Source: Myxococcota bacterium (GTDB lineage: Bacteria; Myxococcota_A; UBA9042; PHBI01; JAWLBL01). Taken from it: a stretch of 64,000 nt of DNA. The notes under the pieces were generated by a model. The model saw only the letters and a list, made by a program, of their open reading frames with translations, did not search any database and was not told the DNA's origin. The stretch lies in contig JAWLBL010000025.1 in NCBI GenBank assembly GCA_041687695.1, positions 32,001 through 96,000 of the forward strand, read 5' to 3'. This document shows, in pieces, positions 11,621-23,698 of this stretch. Both the position numbers and the translations under genes were made by a program. How positions within the stretch are numbered: position 1 is the first letter of the stretch; each line of letters opens with the position of its first letter.

Positions 11621-14600
11621 TCAGGGCAGACGCGCCTTGACCACCGTTCGGCGTGCCGAGACCACCTGCCGCAGAAATTCGCGGAAGGCAGGATAGTCCG
11701 CCGGCTCGACCCGGTCCACGTCGACCGTCAGGTGCTCGGTGACCCGGAACCCACCCTCGGCCGCCGTCACCGACATCTCGAAGCGGCCGAACGGCGAGGT
11801 GATGGCCACCGGCGAGGGCAGGGCGTCGAGGCTGGCGCCCTGGGGCAGCACGAAGGTCCGCTTGGACTCCTCTTGCCAGGGGTAGTCCAGCACCAGCGGC
11901 TGCTTTCGGGTGTCGAAGCCGCCGTAGCGCTCGAGCAGCGCGTGCGGGTCGATGGCCACGGGGACCTCGAGGGCGGCGTCGGCGACGCGGGCGAGGGCGG
12001 GCAGGCGCGCCTCGAGCGTGACGGTCACCGGGTCACCCAGGGCGTCCAAGCCGTCGAACTCGGCCTTGGCCAGGTTGGTGCCGGTGTGTTGGCGGGCCAG
12101 CATGCCGGCCAGGCGCTCGGTGCGGCGCGAGGCGTCGTGGAAGGCGCGCCGGATCTCGGGGGCCTGCGTGCCCCGGATGGTCTCGACGTGGCGCATCGTG
12201 GCGTCGCCGCGCGCGTCCACCGTCATCACGGAGTCCTCGACGACCCGGTTGTGCGCCGCGGTCGACACGGGCAGCCGCCCCAGCCGCGGCGGGCGCAGCT
12301 CGCCCTGGCCGAGCAGATCGATGTGCAGGATCATCGCGCCCTGGTCCATCTTCGGCACCTCGCCGACGCCGGCGAACTCGCTGGTGCCGTCGATGTAGAC
12401 GTCCAGCTCGGGCACGTAGGCGATGGCGTGGTTGAAGGCCCACAGCGTCGCGGGCTTGCCCTCGAGCCGCCCGGCGTCGCGCGTGCGCACCAGCACGAAC
12501 TCGGCGTCGACCCCGACCTCCTCGAGCAGCGCCACCAGCAGCGACGCCTTGTCCTTGCAGTCGCCGTAGCCGCGGCCGACCACCTGCGTCACCCGGTAGG
12601 GCTTGAAGCCGTGGATGCCGAACTCGATGCCGACGTAGCGGGTGTTGCGGACGACCCACTCCTGGATGGCCCGGACGCGCGCCTCGGTCGTCGTCGTGCC
12701 CTCGACCAGCTCGCGCGCCAGGCGCTGCAGCTCGGGCGACAGCGCCAGCTGCGGGCGGATGAGCTCGCGGTACCAGGCCGCCAGCGCGTCCCAGCTCTCG
12801 TAGGTGGACACGTTCGCGTAGGCGCCGATGTCTCCGTAGCCGGGCATGCGCGGCTCGACGGCCAGCGCCGCCATCGGCTGCGCCCGCCAAGAGAGCGTCT
12901 GCCGGCCGTCCGCCTCGACGCGCTCGGGCGCGGGCAGCCCCACCTGGTGCGCGTACAGCGCGCGGCCGGCCGGCGCGTCGACCACGGCCTCGACGCGCGC
13001 CTTGGGGAACGCGCCCTGCACGGGGAAGACGACCCCGAAGAACTGCCCGAAGAGGTTGCGCTCGCCAATCTCGTCGGTCCGCACCTGCAGGTGGACGACG
13101 TCGCCGTCCTCGAGCTCCTCGAACTGCACGACCTTGTAGGCCTGCAGCGTGTACACGCCCTGCTGCTTGCCGCTGGGCCGGTGATCGAACACGCCGCGCG
13201 GCCGCAGCCGCTGTCCGTCGCGCCGGATGACCTCGGCCTCGACCACCTCGACCCGGTCCTCGCCGGGGGTGAAGGCGAAGGCCATCTCTTCGAAGCGGTC
13301 GTCGACCTGCTGCCCGTCGATGCGCACGATCTGCTGCTGAAAGCGCGTCGACAGCCCGCTCGGCAGGACGCGCACCACGGTCTTGTCCAGCAGGTAGGTC
13401 GCGCCCTCGGGGGCCCTGGGCACGTCGTCGGCGTCGGCGAGCAGCTCGTCGACGTCCTCGGCGAAGGCGTCGGCGATCGAGCCCTCTTCGATGAGGGCGC
13501 GCCGGTAGTCGGCCAGCTGGCGGTGCTGCGGCTTGAGCTCGAGGGCCCGGTCGAAGTCGGCGATGGCGCCGGCGCGGTCGCCCGCGACCAGGGCGATGCG
13601 CCCGCGCGCCTCGAAGAGATCGGCGCTGGTCGGGTGCACCGCCAGCGCCTCGCTGAGCGCCGCCAGGGCGGCGTCCGGGCGGCTGGCCGAGGTGGCCAGC
13701 GTGCGGGCCTGAAGGATGCGCAGGGACACCGCGTAGGGGCGGCGCGCGATGGCGTCTCGGGTCCAGCCGAGCGCGGCCTCGACCATCCCGGCGCGCGACG
13801 CGGCCTGCACCGCCTTGTGCGTGGCCTCGCCGTGGCCGCCCAGCAGCCGGCTGGCGCGCGCCCACGCCTCGGCGGCCTCGGGGGCGGCGCCGCCCTCGTC
13901 GAGCAGGCCGGCCCAGGTGGCCGCCAGCAGCGGCTCGTCCTTGGGCCAGCTCATCCGCTGCATCGCCGCGCGCGCCGTCGTCGCGTCACCCAGCTGCGCC
14001 GTCCGCCAGACCTGATGCAGCAGCCCAGCCGGGTGCGCGGGGTCGACCGCCTGCAGCTTGCGGAACAGCTCGTCCGCGCTGGCGAGCAGGTCGGCCCGCC
14101 GGTGCGCGGCCAGCAGCTCGGCCAACGCGGCTGCGTGGCGTCCATTCGACAGCTCGACGGCGCGCTCGAAGGCGGCGCGCTGCCGGTTCGGGTCCGAGCG
14201 CTCGGCCCGCCCGAGCAGGTAGTGCAGCTCGGCGTCCTGCGGAGCCCGCGCGATGGCCTGCTCCAGCAGCCGCGCGGCGACCCGGCGCTCGGGCGGCTCG
14301 GCGTCGACGCTGAGCGCCATGCGCCCGGCCAGGGCCGGGTCGACGCCCTCGAAGGCGCCGAGCGGGGCGGGCAGCTTCTTGCTGGGCGCAAAGCCGGCCA
14401 ACGCCTCGCCGGGCGCCGGCGTCCGCACGGTCACGCCCTGCGGCAGCCGCCCGCGGGCGTCGACGACCCGCGCGATGAGCTCCGGCGCCTCGCTGCGATG
14501 ACCGGCCCGCACGACCAGCCGGTGCGCGCCCGCCTCGAGCCGCACCGGGAACGCGTGCTGCCAGTCCGTGACCTCTCGCTCGCCGTCCCAGTCGACCAGC

Positions 14601-15259
14601 GGCTGCCCGTCGAGCCACACGGCGACCGGGCCGCTGCTGCCGACGACGACCATCGCGTCGGTCGGCTTGGCGGCGTCCAGCCCGAAGACCAGCAGCGCGT
14701 GCGCGTCGCCTTCGGTGTCCAGGAGATCGGCCAGCTGCAACGTCCCGTGCAGCGCCGCGTCGGCGAACCTCCGCCAGCCCACCTGACCGCGCTGTCCCGG
14801 CACCAGCGCCGTCAGCTCCAGCGCGTCGGCCGCCTGCGCGTCGGTCGCCGTCCCCGGGCCGGCCAGCGGCCCCAGGACCAGGCCGCTGCCCAGGATGCCC
14901 GCCTGGGCCAGCAGCCCTCGGGTCGCCTCCGGGTCCTCGGCCTGCGACAGGTGCCCGACCGTGCCCAGCGCCTCGCCCTGCAGGTAGGCGACACGCGAGC
15001 GCTCGGCCAGCCCGCGCGCCAGCGGCAGCAGCCGCTCGATCCCGCCCGCGAGGCTCGGCGCCAGGCGCTGCGCCTCGGTCAGGTGCCAGTGCGCCGTCAG
15101 CCCGCGCGCCGCCGGCAGCGCCTTCAGGTGCGCCGCGAAGCGCTCCTCGAGGGTCTCCGCGCGCGCGCCGCCCGGCGCGGCCAGGCTGGCGGCGGCCGCG
15201 ATCCCGACCAGCAGCGCCGCGAGGGCGACGCGCGGCCCCGTCCGGGCGACCGACCTCAT
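11621..15259 (-). CDS. Secreted TPR + DUF3857 + transglutaminase-like domain protein
   Basis: Signal peptide from ATG 15259; TPR-like helices; RYVGIEFG, GDCKDKA (Cys), FNHAI (His), YIDGT (Asp) triad. Confidence 0.85.
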   Translation of the reverse strand: MRSVARTGPRVALAALLVGIAAAASLAAPGGARAETLEERFAAHLKALPAARGLTAHWHLTEAQRLAPSLAGGIERLLPLARGLAERSRVAYLQGEALGTVGHLSQAEDPEATRGLLAQAGILGSGLVLGPLAGPGTATDAQAADALELTALVPGQRGQVGWRRFADAALHGTLQLADLLDTEGDAHALLVFGLDAAKPTDAMVVVGSSGPVAVWLDGQPLVDWDGEREVTDWQHAFPVRLEAGAHRLVVRAGHRSEAPELIARVVDARGRLPQGVTVRTPAPGEALAGFAPSKKLPAPLGAFEGVDPALAGRMALSVDAEPPERRVAARLLEQAIARAPQDAELHYLLGRAERSDPNRQRAAFERAVELSNGRHAAALAELLAAHRRADLLASADELFRKLQAVDPAHPAGLLHQVWRTAQLGDATTARAAMQRMSWPKDEPLLAATWAGLLDEGGAAPEAAEAWARASRLLGGHGEATHKAVQAASRAGMVEAALGWTRDAIARRPYAVSLRILQARTLATSASRPDAALAALSEALAVHPTSADLFEARGRIALVAGDRAGAIADFDRALELKPQHRQLADYRRALIEEGSIADAFAEDVDELLADADDVPRAPEGATYLLDKTVVRVLPSGLSTRFQQQIVRIDGQQVDDRFEEMAFAFTPGEDRVEVVEAEVIRRDGQRLRPRGVFDHRPSGKQQGVYTLQAYKVVQFEELEDGDVVHLQVRTDEIGERNLFGQFFGVVFPVQGAFPKARVEAVVDAPAGRALYAHQVGLPAPERVEADGRQTLSWRAQPMAALAVEPRMPGYGDIGAYANVSTYESWDALAAWYRELIRPQLALSPELQRLARELVEGTTTTEARVRAIQEWVVRNTRYVGIEFGIHGFKPYRVTQVVGRGYGDCKDKASLLVALLEEVGVDAEFVLVRTRDAGRLEGKPATLWAFNHAIAYVPELDVYIDGTSEFAGVGEVPKMDQGAMILHIDLLGQGELRPPRLGRLPVSTAAHNRVVEDSVMTVDARGDATMRHVETIRGTQAPEIRRAFHDASRRTERLAGMLARQHTGTNLAKAEFDGLDALGDPVTVTLEARLPALARVADAALEVPVAIDPHALLERYGGFDTRKQPLVLDYPWQEESKRTFVLPQGASLDALPSPVAITSPFGRFEMSVTAAEGGFRVTEHLTVDVDRVEPADYPAFREFLRQVVSARRTVVKARLP

Positions 15260-16511
15260 CAGGCGTCCACGCCGGGCGCCGGGAAGCCGCGCACGAGATC
15301 CCGGATCTCGCCGGCGATGCGCTCCTGCTCGGCGGCGTCGTCGATGCGGGCGGCCACGCGGCTCATCCAGCCGGCGATCTGGCGCATCTGCGGCTCGGTC
15401 ATCCCGCGGCTGGTCACCGCCGGCGTGCCCAGGCGCAGGCCGCTGGGGTCCATGGGCGGGCGCGGATCGAAGGGGACCGAGTTGTAGTTGGCGACCAGCC
15501 CCGCCCGGGCGAGCGCCTCGGCGAAGGGCTTGCCGGCGATCCCGCGCGGCGTCACGTCGATGAGCACCAGGTGGTTGTCGGTGCCGCCGGTGACGACCGA
15601 GAAGCCCTCTTCGACCAGCGCGCCGGCCAGCGCGCGCGCGTTGGCGACGACCTGGCGGGCGTAGGCCTTGAAGGCGTCGGTCGAGGCCTCGCGCAAGGCG
15701 ACGGCGATGGCGGCCGTCGTGTGGTTGTGCGGGCCGCCCTGAAGGCCGGGGAAGACGGCGCGGTCGATCTTCTTGGCGACGCCCTCGCGGCACAGCAGCA
15801 TGCCGCCGCGGGGGCCCCGCAGGGTCTTGTGCGTGGTGGTCGAGACGACGTCGGCGACCGGCACGGGGCTCGGGTGCGCGCCGCCGGCGACCAGGCCCGC
15901 GATGTGCGCCATGTCGGCCAGGAGGAAGGCGCCGACCTCGTCGGCGATGTCCCGGAAGCGCTGGAAGTCGATGGTGCGCGGGTAGGCCGTCGCGCCGCAC
16001 ACGACGATCTTCGGGCGGTGCTCCTTGGCGAGGCGCAGGGCCTCGTCGTAGTCGATGAGGTGGTCCTCTCGGCGCACGCCGTATTGCACCGCGTGCCAGA
16101 ACTTGCCCGTCGCCGAGACGTTCCAGCCGTGGGTCAGGTGGCCGCCGGCCGGCAACGCCATGCCCAGGATGGTCTGGCCCGGCTTGAGCAGCGCCGTGTA
16201 GACCGCCAGGTTGGCCGGGCTGCCCGAGTACGGCTGCACGTTCGCGTGGTCGGCCCCGAACAGCGCCTTGGCGCGGTCGATGGCGATCTGTTCGACGCGG
16301 TCGATGTTCTGCTGACCCTCGTAGTACCGGCGGCCGACGTAGCCCTCGGAGTACTTGTTGGTCAGGACCGACCCGGTCGCCTCGAGGACCGCCCGGCTGG
16401 CGTAGTTCTCGCTGGCGATGAGGCGGATGGCGTGCCGCTGGCGCTCGATCTCGGCGTCGATGAGCCCGGCGATCTCGGGATCGGCGGCGGAAAGGCTGGG
16501 GTGCTGGTCGG

Positions 16512-16515
<4 letters not shown>
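15259..16515 (-). CDS. glyA: Serine hydroxymethyltransferase
   Basis: LIASEN, NKYSEGY, NVQPYSGS, GGHLTHG, TTTHKTLRGPRGG (PLP lysine). Confidence 0.97.
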
Positions 16516-19006
<2,491 letters not shown>

Positions 19007-19063
19007 TCACGCCGCGTCGGCGGAGTGAAGCGCGGGCCGCGTGAGCCGAGGGTGGACGCGGCG

Positions 19064-20005
19064 TCAGCGCACGCGCTCGTGGTAGCCGTAGACCCACAGC
19101 GGCACGTCGTCGGGTCGCAACGTGACGCGCGTCCCGAACGGGACCGGGTAGCTGAGGCCGGCGCCGTCGAGGAAGATGGCGTTGCTCGGGCTGCGTGAAA
19201 GCAGCTCGATGGACCGCCGCGCGTAGCCGTGTCGGCATGACAGGCGCATGCCCGGGCGCTCGTAGGGCTCGCGCACCAGGAACTGCATGCGGTGATCGCT
19301 GGCGACCATGCGCTCGCCGCCGGCGGAGTAGATGGCCCCGGTCGAGCCAGAAGGCGTGGCGACCCAGACGCCCGAGGAGACCTGCAGCTCCTTGTAGGGG
19401 CCGCTGTCGTCGTCGCCGCCCTCGCCGACGGTGATGAGGTAGCGCGAGCTGGCCGCCGGCGAGCGGTGACAGAAGAGGACCTCGTTGAGCGCCGGGTAGG
19501 GCACGCGCTCGCCGCCGATCTCGGCCGCGATGCGCATGAGGGCGGTCGGGGCGAGGTCGCCCGAGCGGATCGCGTCCAGGAGCTGCGCGAAGGTCTCGCG
19601 CGTGGCCGCGCAGTAGTGGCCCGTGCTGGTCATCGGCGCCGAGTTGACGCCCAGCATCGGCGTGCGCTCGACCTTGTTGGCGCACCACAGGAAGGTGCCG
19701 TCGCCGCCGACGCTGATGACGAGATCGGCGCGGACGGCGTCACGCTTTCGCGGCTGGGCGGCGCGGATGACGTCGAGGCCGCTGCGCTCGAGCTCGGCCT
19801 CGATCTCGGTCACCGAGGCGATGTGCTCTTCGTGGGCCATGTCGAGGCGCGCGAAGACCGCGGCGGTGTCCTCGTCGATCGCCGCGCCGGGTCGGTGCAG
19901 CGAGCCGCGGTCGACGTAGCGCTCGAGCTTCGAGGCCTTGAAGATGACCAGCACGCGGCGAATCGACGCGGCCTTCGGGGCGGAGGTGGCGTCCGTAGAG
20001 CCCAT
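19064..20005 (-). CDS. NAD(+)/NADH kinase
   Basis: GGDGT motif, LNE, SSGVWVATPSGSTG. Confidence 0.9.
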   Translation of the reverse strand: MGSTDATSAPKAASIRRVLVIFKASKLERYVDRGSLHRPGAAIDEDTAAVFARLDMAHEEHIASVTEIEAELERSGLDVIRAAQPRKRDAVRADLVISVGGDGTFLWCANKVERTPMLGVNSAPMTSTGHYCAATRETFAQLLDAIRSGDLAPTALMRIAAEIGGERVPYPALNEVLFCHRSPAASSRYLITVGEGGDDDSGPYKELQVSSGVWVATPSGSTGAIYSAGGERMVASDHRMQFLVREPYERPGMRLSCRHGYARRSIELLSRSPSNAIFLDGAGLSYPVPFGTRVTLRPDDVPLWVYGYHERVR

Positions 20006-20063
20006 AGGGCGCCGAACTAATCACCACGCTCGTCAGCGCGCAACCGTTGAGGTACGAGGGGCC

Positions 20064-21305
20064 ATGCCCGAGACCCTCGAAGGCCTGCTCATCCAGCGCT
20101 GGGCGCACGGCGGCGACGCGGTCGGCGTGCCCGAGCGAGGGCCGCTGGCCGGCGCCATCGTCTTCGTCCCGGGCGCCGTCCCCGGCGACCGCGTCACGGC
20201 GCGTGTCGTGCAGCGCAAGAGGCGCTGGGCGCGGGCCGAGATCCTGAAGATCGAGGCGCCCAGCCCGCACCGCGTCACGCCGGCCTGCCCATTGCAGGCC
20301 GCCTGCGGCGGGTGCCCGTGGATGGCCGGCGACCACGTGGCGCAGGCGGCCTCGCGGCTGGCCATCCTGCGCGGAGAGGCCCGAAAGCGCCTGGGCTGGA
20401 CCGACGAGCGGGTCGCCGAGCGGGTCGCGCTGGCCGGGGCGCCGGCTCCCAGCCTCGGCTACGGCGTGGGCTACCGCGTCCGGCTTCGCATGGCCTACCG
20501 CGTCGCCGGCGACGGGCGGGTCACCCTTGGGTTCCGGTCGGCCGGCACCCAGCGGCTGGTCGACGTGCCCGAGTGCGTCGTGGCCGCGCCGGCCTTGAAC
20601 GCGGCCCTTCCCGAAGCGCGTCGCCAGCTTGCCGCGCGCGGGCCCGGCGAGGGCGAGCTGCAGCTGTTGGCCGGCCGCGAAGGCGTGGCTGGCCTGGTCA
20701 AGCCCGCGTTCGGATCGTCGTGGGGCTTCGGGCCCGAGCGCGTGACGGTCGTCCAGGGCGCGCTGGAGCTCGAGGCCGCGCCCGACGCCTTCGTGCAAGC
20801 CAACCCGGAGGTGGTCGCGGCCATGACGCGCCGCGTCCGCGAGCTGGCGGCCGGCGTCATGCCGCCGGGCGGCCACGCGGTCGAGCTGTTCGCCGGCTCG
20901 GGCACCTTCACCGTGCCGCTGCTCGAGGCCGGCTACCGCGTGACGGCCTACGAGGTCGCGCCCGACGCCCGCGCCGCCTTCGAGCGCGTGACCGCCGGGC
21001 GGGGCGAGGCCACCTGGCAGCGCTGCGACCTGTTCGCGACCGGCGTGCCGACGCCGGCCCCCGCGGCCCCCGACCTGGTCCTGCTGGACCCGCCGCGCGT
21101 CGGCGCCGCCGAGGTGATGCCCTGGGTGCGCTCGTCCGGGGCACGGGCCGTGGTGCTGGTCAGCTGCGACGTGGCGACGGGTTTTCGCGACCTGGCGCAG
21201 CTGGTCGAGGCGGGCTGGGACGTGGCCGAGGTGACCGGCTACGACATGTTCCCGCACACCGGCCACCAGGAGATGCTGAGCCTGGTGGTGCCGCCGCGCG
21301 GCTGA
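20064..21305 (+). CDS. TRAM-domain RNA (uracil-5) methyltransferase, RlmD/TrmA family
   Basis: FVPGAVPGD (TRAM), CPLQAACGGC Fe-S motif, FVQAN, ELFAGSG, LDPPR, VSC, DMFPHTGHQE. Confidence 0.9.
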   Translation: MPETLEGLLIQRWAHGGDAVGVPERGPLAGAIVFVPGAVPGDRVTARVVQRKRRWARAEILKIEAPSPHRVTPACPLQAACGGCPWMAGDHVAQAASRLAILRGEARKRLGWTDERVAERVALAGAPAPSLGYGVGYRVRLRMAYRVAGDGRVTLGFRSAGTQRLVDVPECVVAAPALNAALPEARRQLAARGPGEGELQLLAGREGVAGLVKPAFGSSWGFGPERVTVVQGALELEAAPDAFVQANPEVVAAMTRRVRELAAGVMPPGGHAVELFAGSGTFTVPLLEAGYRVTAYEVAPDARAAFERVTAGRGEATWQRCDLFATGVPTPAPAAPDLVLLDPPRVGAAEVMPWVRSSGARAVVLVSCDVATGFRDLAQLVEAGWDVAEVTGYDMFPHTGHQEMLSLVVPPRG

Positions 21306-21340
21306 CCCTCACGTCCTCGACGCGGCGACCCGGGGGACGC

Positions 21341-21814
21341 TCAGAGCGAGCACATCTTGATGCGCCACTCGTCGTTGTTGTTGGCGTCGCGCTTGACGCC
21401 GCAGGGCGTGGGTACGTCGGACTTCGAGTTGATGACGAAGACCTTGTACATGCCGTCGGCCGTCTCCTCGTAGTACTGCATCTTGTAGACGGGCTTGGAC
21501 GGGTCCTCGAGGAACAGCGGCACCTTGCGGCGGAAGGTCGCGAAGTTCATCTGCCGCCAGTTCTTCTCGCTGGCTGGGCTCTCGAGCTCGGAGCTGTGCA
21601 GCAGCGACCGGAAGTGCTTCCAGCCCTCGGCCTCGTCCTTGGTCATCGCGGCCTTGATGGCCTCCTGGACGATGGCCTCGGGCGTGCCGGCCTCGGGGTT
21701 CTCGATGGTCTTGGGCGGCAGCAGCCGCTGGACCTTCTTGCAGCCCGGCGCGGACGCGACGAAGGCGAGGGCGAGGAAGACCAGGAACAGCGTGGACAGG
21801 CGGCGCAGCATCAT
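21341..21814 (-). CDS. Hypothetical lipoprotein
   Basis: Signal peptide ending SAPGC; typical codon usage; own promoter-like sequence upstream. Confidence 0.75.
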   Translation of the reverse strand: MMLRRLSTLFLVFLALAFVASAPGCKKVQRLLPPKTIENPEAGTPEAIVQEAIKAAMTKDEAEGWKHFRSLLHSSELESPASEKNWRQMNFATFRRKVPLFLEDPSKPVYKMQYYEETADGMYKVFVINSKSDVPTPCGVKRDANNNDEWRIKMCSL

Positions 21815-21845
21815 CGGACAGCCTCGTGGACGAAAACCGGGCCGC

Positions 21846-21875
21846 ACCTTAGCCCGCCTCGGACGCGCGGGGCAA
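21846..21875 (-). promoter_or_regulatory. Putative sigma70 promoter of the lipoprotein gene
   Basis: TTGCCC-N18-TAAGGT on the minus strand. Confidence 0.4.
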
Positions 21876-21913
21876 CCCTGGCGCGCCCGGTTGGACGGCC
21901 GCTCGGGACCCGC

Positions 21914-23260
21914 TCAGCGAAAGCGGGCGAGCGCGGCCGTGAGGGCGTCGATCTCGGCGAGCTTGGTCGTCTCGGTCGCCGTGACCAGCAGCGCGTCCCG
22001 GTAGCGGTCGTCCCAGCGGCCGAGAGCCACGCCGGGCGCGATGCCCTCGGCGGCCAGGGCGGCGACGATGTCGGCGGCCGGCGCGGGCGTGCGGACCACG
22101 AACTCGTTGAAGGTCGGCGCGTCGAAGGCCAGCGCGTAGCCGGGCAGGGCGCAGATGGCCTGCTTGGTCCGCTCGGCGAGCAGGTGCGAGGCGCGCGCGA
22201 CCTTCTCGAGGCCGGTCGGCCCGAGCAGGGTCATGTAGATGGTCGCGGCGGTCGCCATCAGGCCCTGATTCGTGCAGATGTTCGACGTCGCCCGCTCGCG
22301 GCGGATGTGCTGCTCGCGCGTCGACAGGGTCAGGACGAACCCGCGGTTGCCGCGGGCGTCGACCGTCTCGCCCGCGATGCGCCCCGGCATCTGGCGGACG
22401 TGCTTGTCGCGCGCCGCGAACAGGCCCAGGTGCGGCCCGCCGAAGGACGGCGCGACCCCCAGGCTCTGGCCTTCACCGGCGACGATGTCCGCGCCCAGCG
22501 CGCCGGGCGGGGTCAGCAGGCCAAAGGCGATGGCCTCGGAGAAGCCGCTGACCAGCAGCGCCCCGTGGGCGTGGCACAGGTCGGCGGCCGCCTGCACGTC
22601 GTCGAGGGTGCCGAAGAAGGTCGGATACCCGACGACCAGGCACGCCACGTCCGAGCCCAGGCGCGCCTCGGCGGCGGCGAGATCCGTCACGCCGCGCGCC
22701 GTGACCGGGATGGTCTCGAGCTTCAGCCCGGCGGCCTCGCAGGTCACCGACATGACCTGCCGGTACTCGGGATGCAGCGCCTCGGTGACCAGCACCCGGT
22801 CGCGCTTGGTGACGCGCGCCGCCATCAGCGCCGCCTCGCTGACGGCGGTCGAGCCGTCGTACATGGACGCGTTCACGACGTCCATGGCGAGCAGCTCGGA
22901 GATCATCGTCTGGAACTCGAAGATGATCTGCAGCGTGCCCTGCGCGACCTCGGGCTGGTACGGCGTGTAGGCCGTGTACAGCTCGCCGCGCAGCAGCATG
23001 TGGTTGACGGCGCGCGGGACGTAGTGGCGGTACACGCCCGCGCCCAGGAACGAGACGACGGCGTCCCCCGCCCGGTTCTGCTCGGCCAGCGCCGCCATGT
23101 GGGCGAACAGATCCGGCTCGGGCATGGCCGACGGCACCTCGAGCGCCCGCCCGAGCTGCAGCTCGGCCGGGATGTCCGCGAAGAGGTCGTCGACGGACGC
23201 GACCCCGATGGCGCGGAGCATGTGCTGGCGGTCGGCTTCGGTGTGGGGGATGTACCGCAT
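21914..23260 (-). CDS. gcvPA: Glycine dehydrogenase (decarboxylating) subunit 1
   Basis: MRYIPHT, FLGAGVY, YTAYTPYQPE, NASMYDG, REQHIRRERATSNICTNQ. Confidence 0.96.
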   Translation of the reverse strand: MRYIPHTEADRQHMLRAIGVASVDDLFADIPAELQLGRALEVPSAMPEPDLFAHMAALAEQNRAGDAVVSFLGAGVYRHYVPRAVNHMLLRGELYTAYTPYQPEVAQGTLQIIFEFQTMISELLAMDVVNASMYDGSTAVSEAALMAARVTKRDRVLVTEALHPEYRQVMSVTCEAAGLKLETIPVTARGVTDLAAAEARLGSDVACLVVGYPTFFGTLDDVQAAADLCHAHGALLVSGFSEAIAFGLLTPPGALGADIVAGEGQSLGVAPSFGGPHLGLFAARDKHVRQMPGRIAGETVDARGNRGFVLTLSTREQHIRRERATSNICTNQGLMATAATIYMTLLGPTGLEKVARASHLLAERTKQAICALPGYALAFDAPTFNEFVVRTPAPAADIVAALAAEGIAPGVALGRWDDRYRDALLVTATETTKLAEIDALTAALARFR

Positions 23261-23266
23261 CGTGGG

Positions 23267-23671
23267 TCAGTCCTCGTCGAGGCTGTTCAGGAAGGCCTCG
23301 TACTCGCGCGCGTCCATCAGGTCGTCGAGCTCCGACTTGTCCGCGAGCTCGACCTTGAACAGCCAACCCTCGTCGTAACAATCCTCGTTCACGAGCTCGG
23401 GCGAGTCGGTCAGGGCCTCGTTGACCTCGACGACCTTGCCGGTGACGGGCGCGAACAGATCCGAGACGCTCTTGGGCGACTCGACCGTGCCGCAGGTCTC
23501 GTCCTGCTCGATCTTGTCGCCGACCGTGGGCAGCTCGACCATCACGATGTCGCCCAGCTTGTCCTGCGCGTAGTCGGTGATGCCGACGATGACGACGTTC
23601 GGGTGGTCCTCGTCGACGAGGGCCCACTCGTGCTCGCGCGTGTAGCGCCGGTCCTTCTCGATCTGCGACAT
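23267..23671 (-). CDS. gcvH: Glycine cleavage system H protein
   Basis: YTREHEW, GITDYAQDKLGD, VESPKSVSD (lipoyl lysine). Confidence 0.96.
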   Translation of the reverse strand: MSQIEKDRRYTREHEWALVDEDHPNVVIVGITDYAQDKLGDIVMVELPTVGDKIEQDETCGTVESPKSVSDLFAPVTGKVVEVNEALTDSPELVNEDCYDEGWLFKVELADKSELDDLMDAREYEAFLNSLDED

Positions 23672-23698
23672 GGGGAACTCCGGGGTGGCGGTAGGTGG

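Noticed and set aside
21305..21355. Possible selenoprotein: lipoprotein ends C-S-L-UGA (CxxU-like) followed by a weak hairpin
   Set aside because: Readthrough would run antisense into the convergent methyltransferase gene and gives low-complexity sequence; the hairpin is not a convincing SECIS
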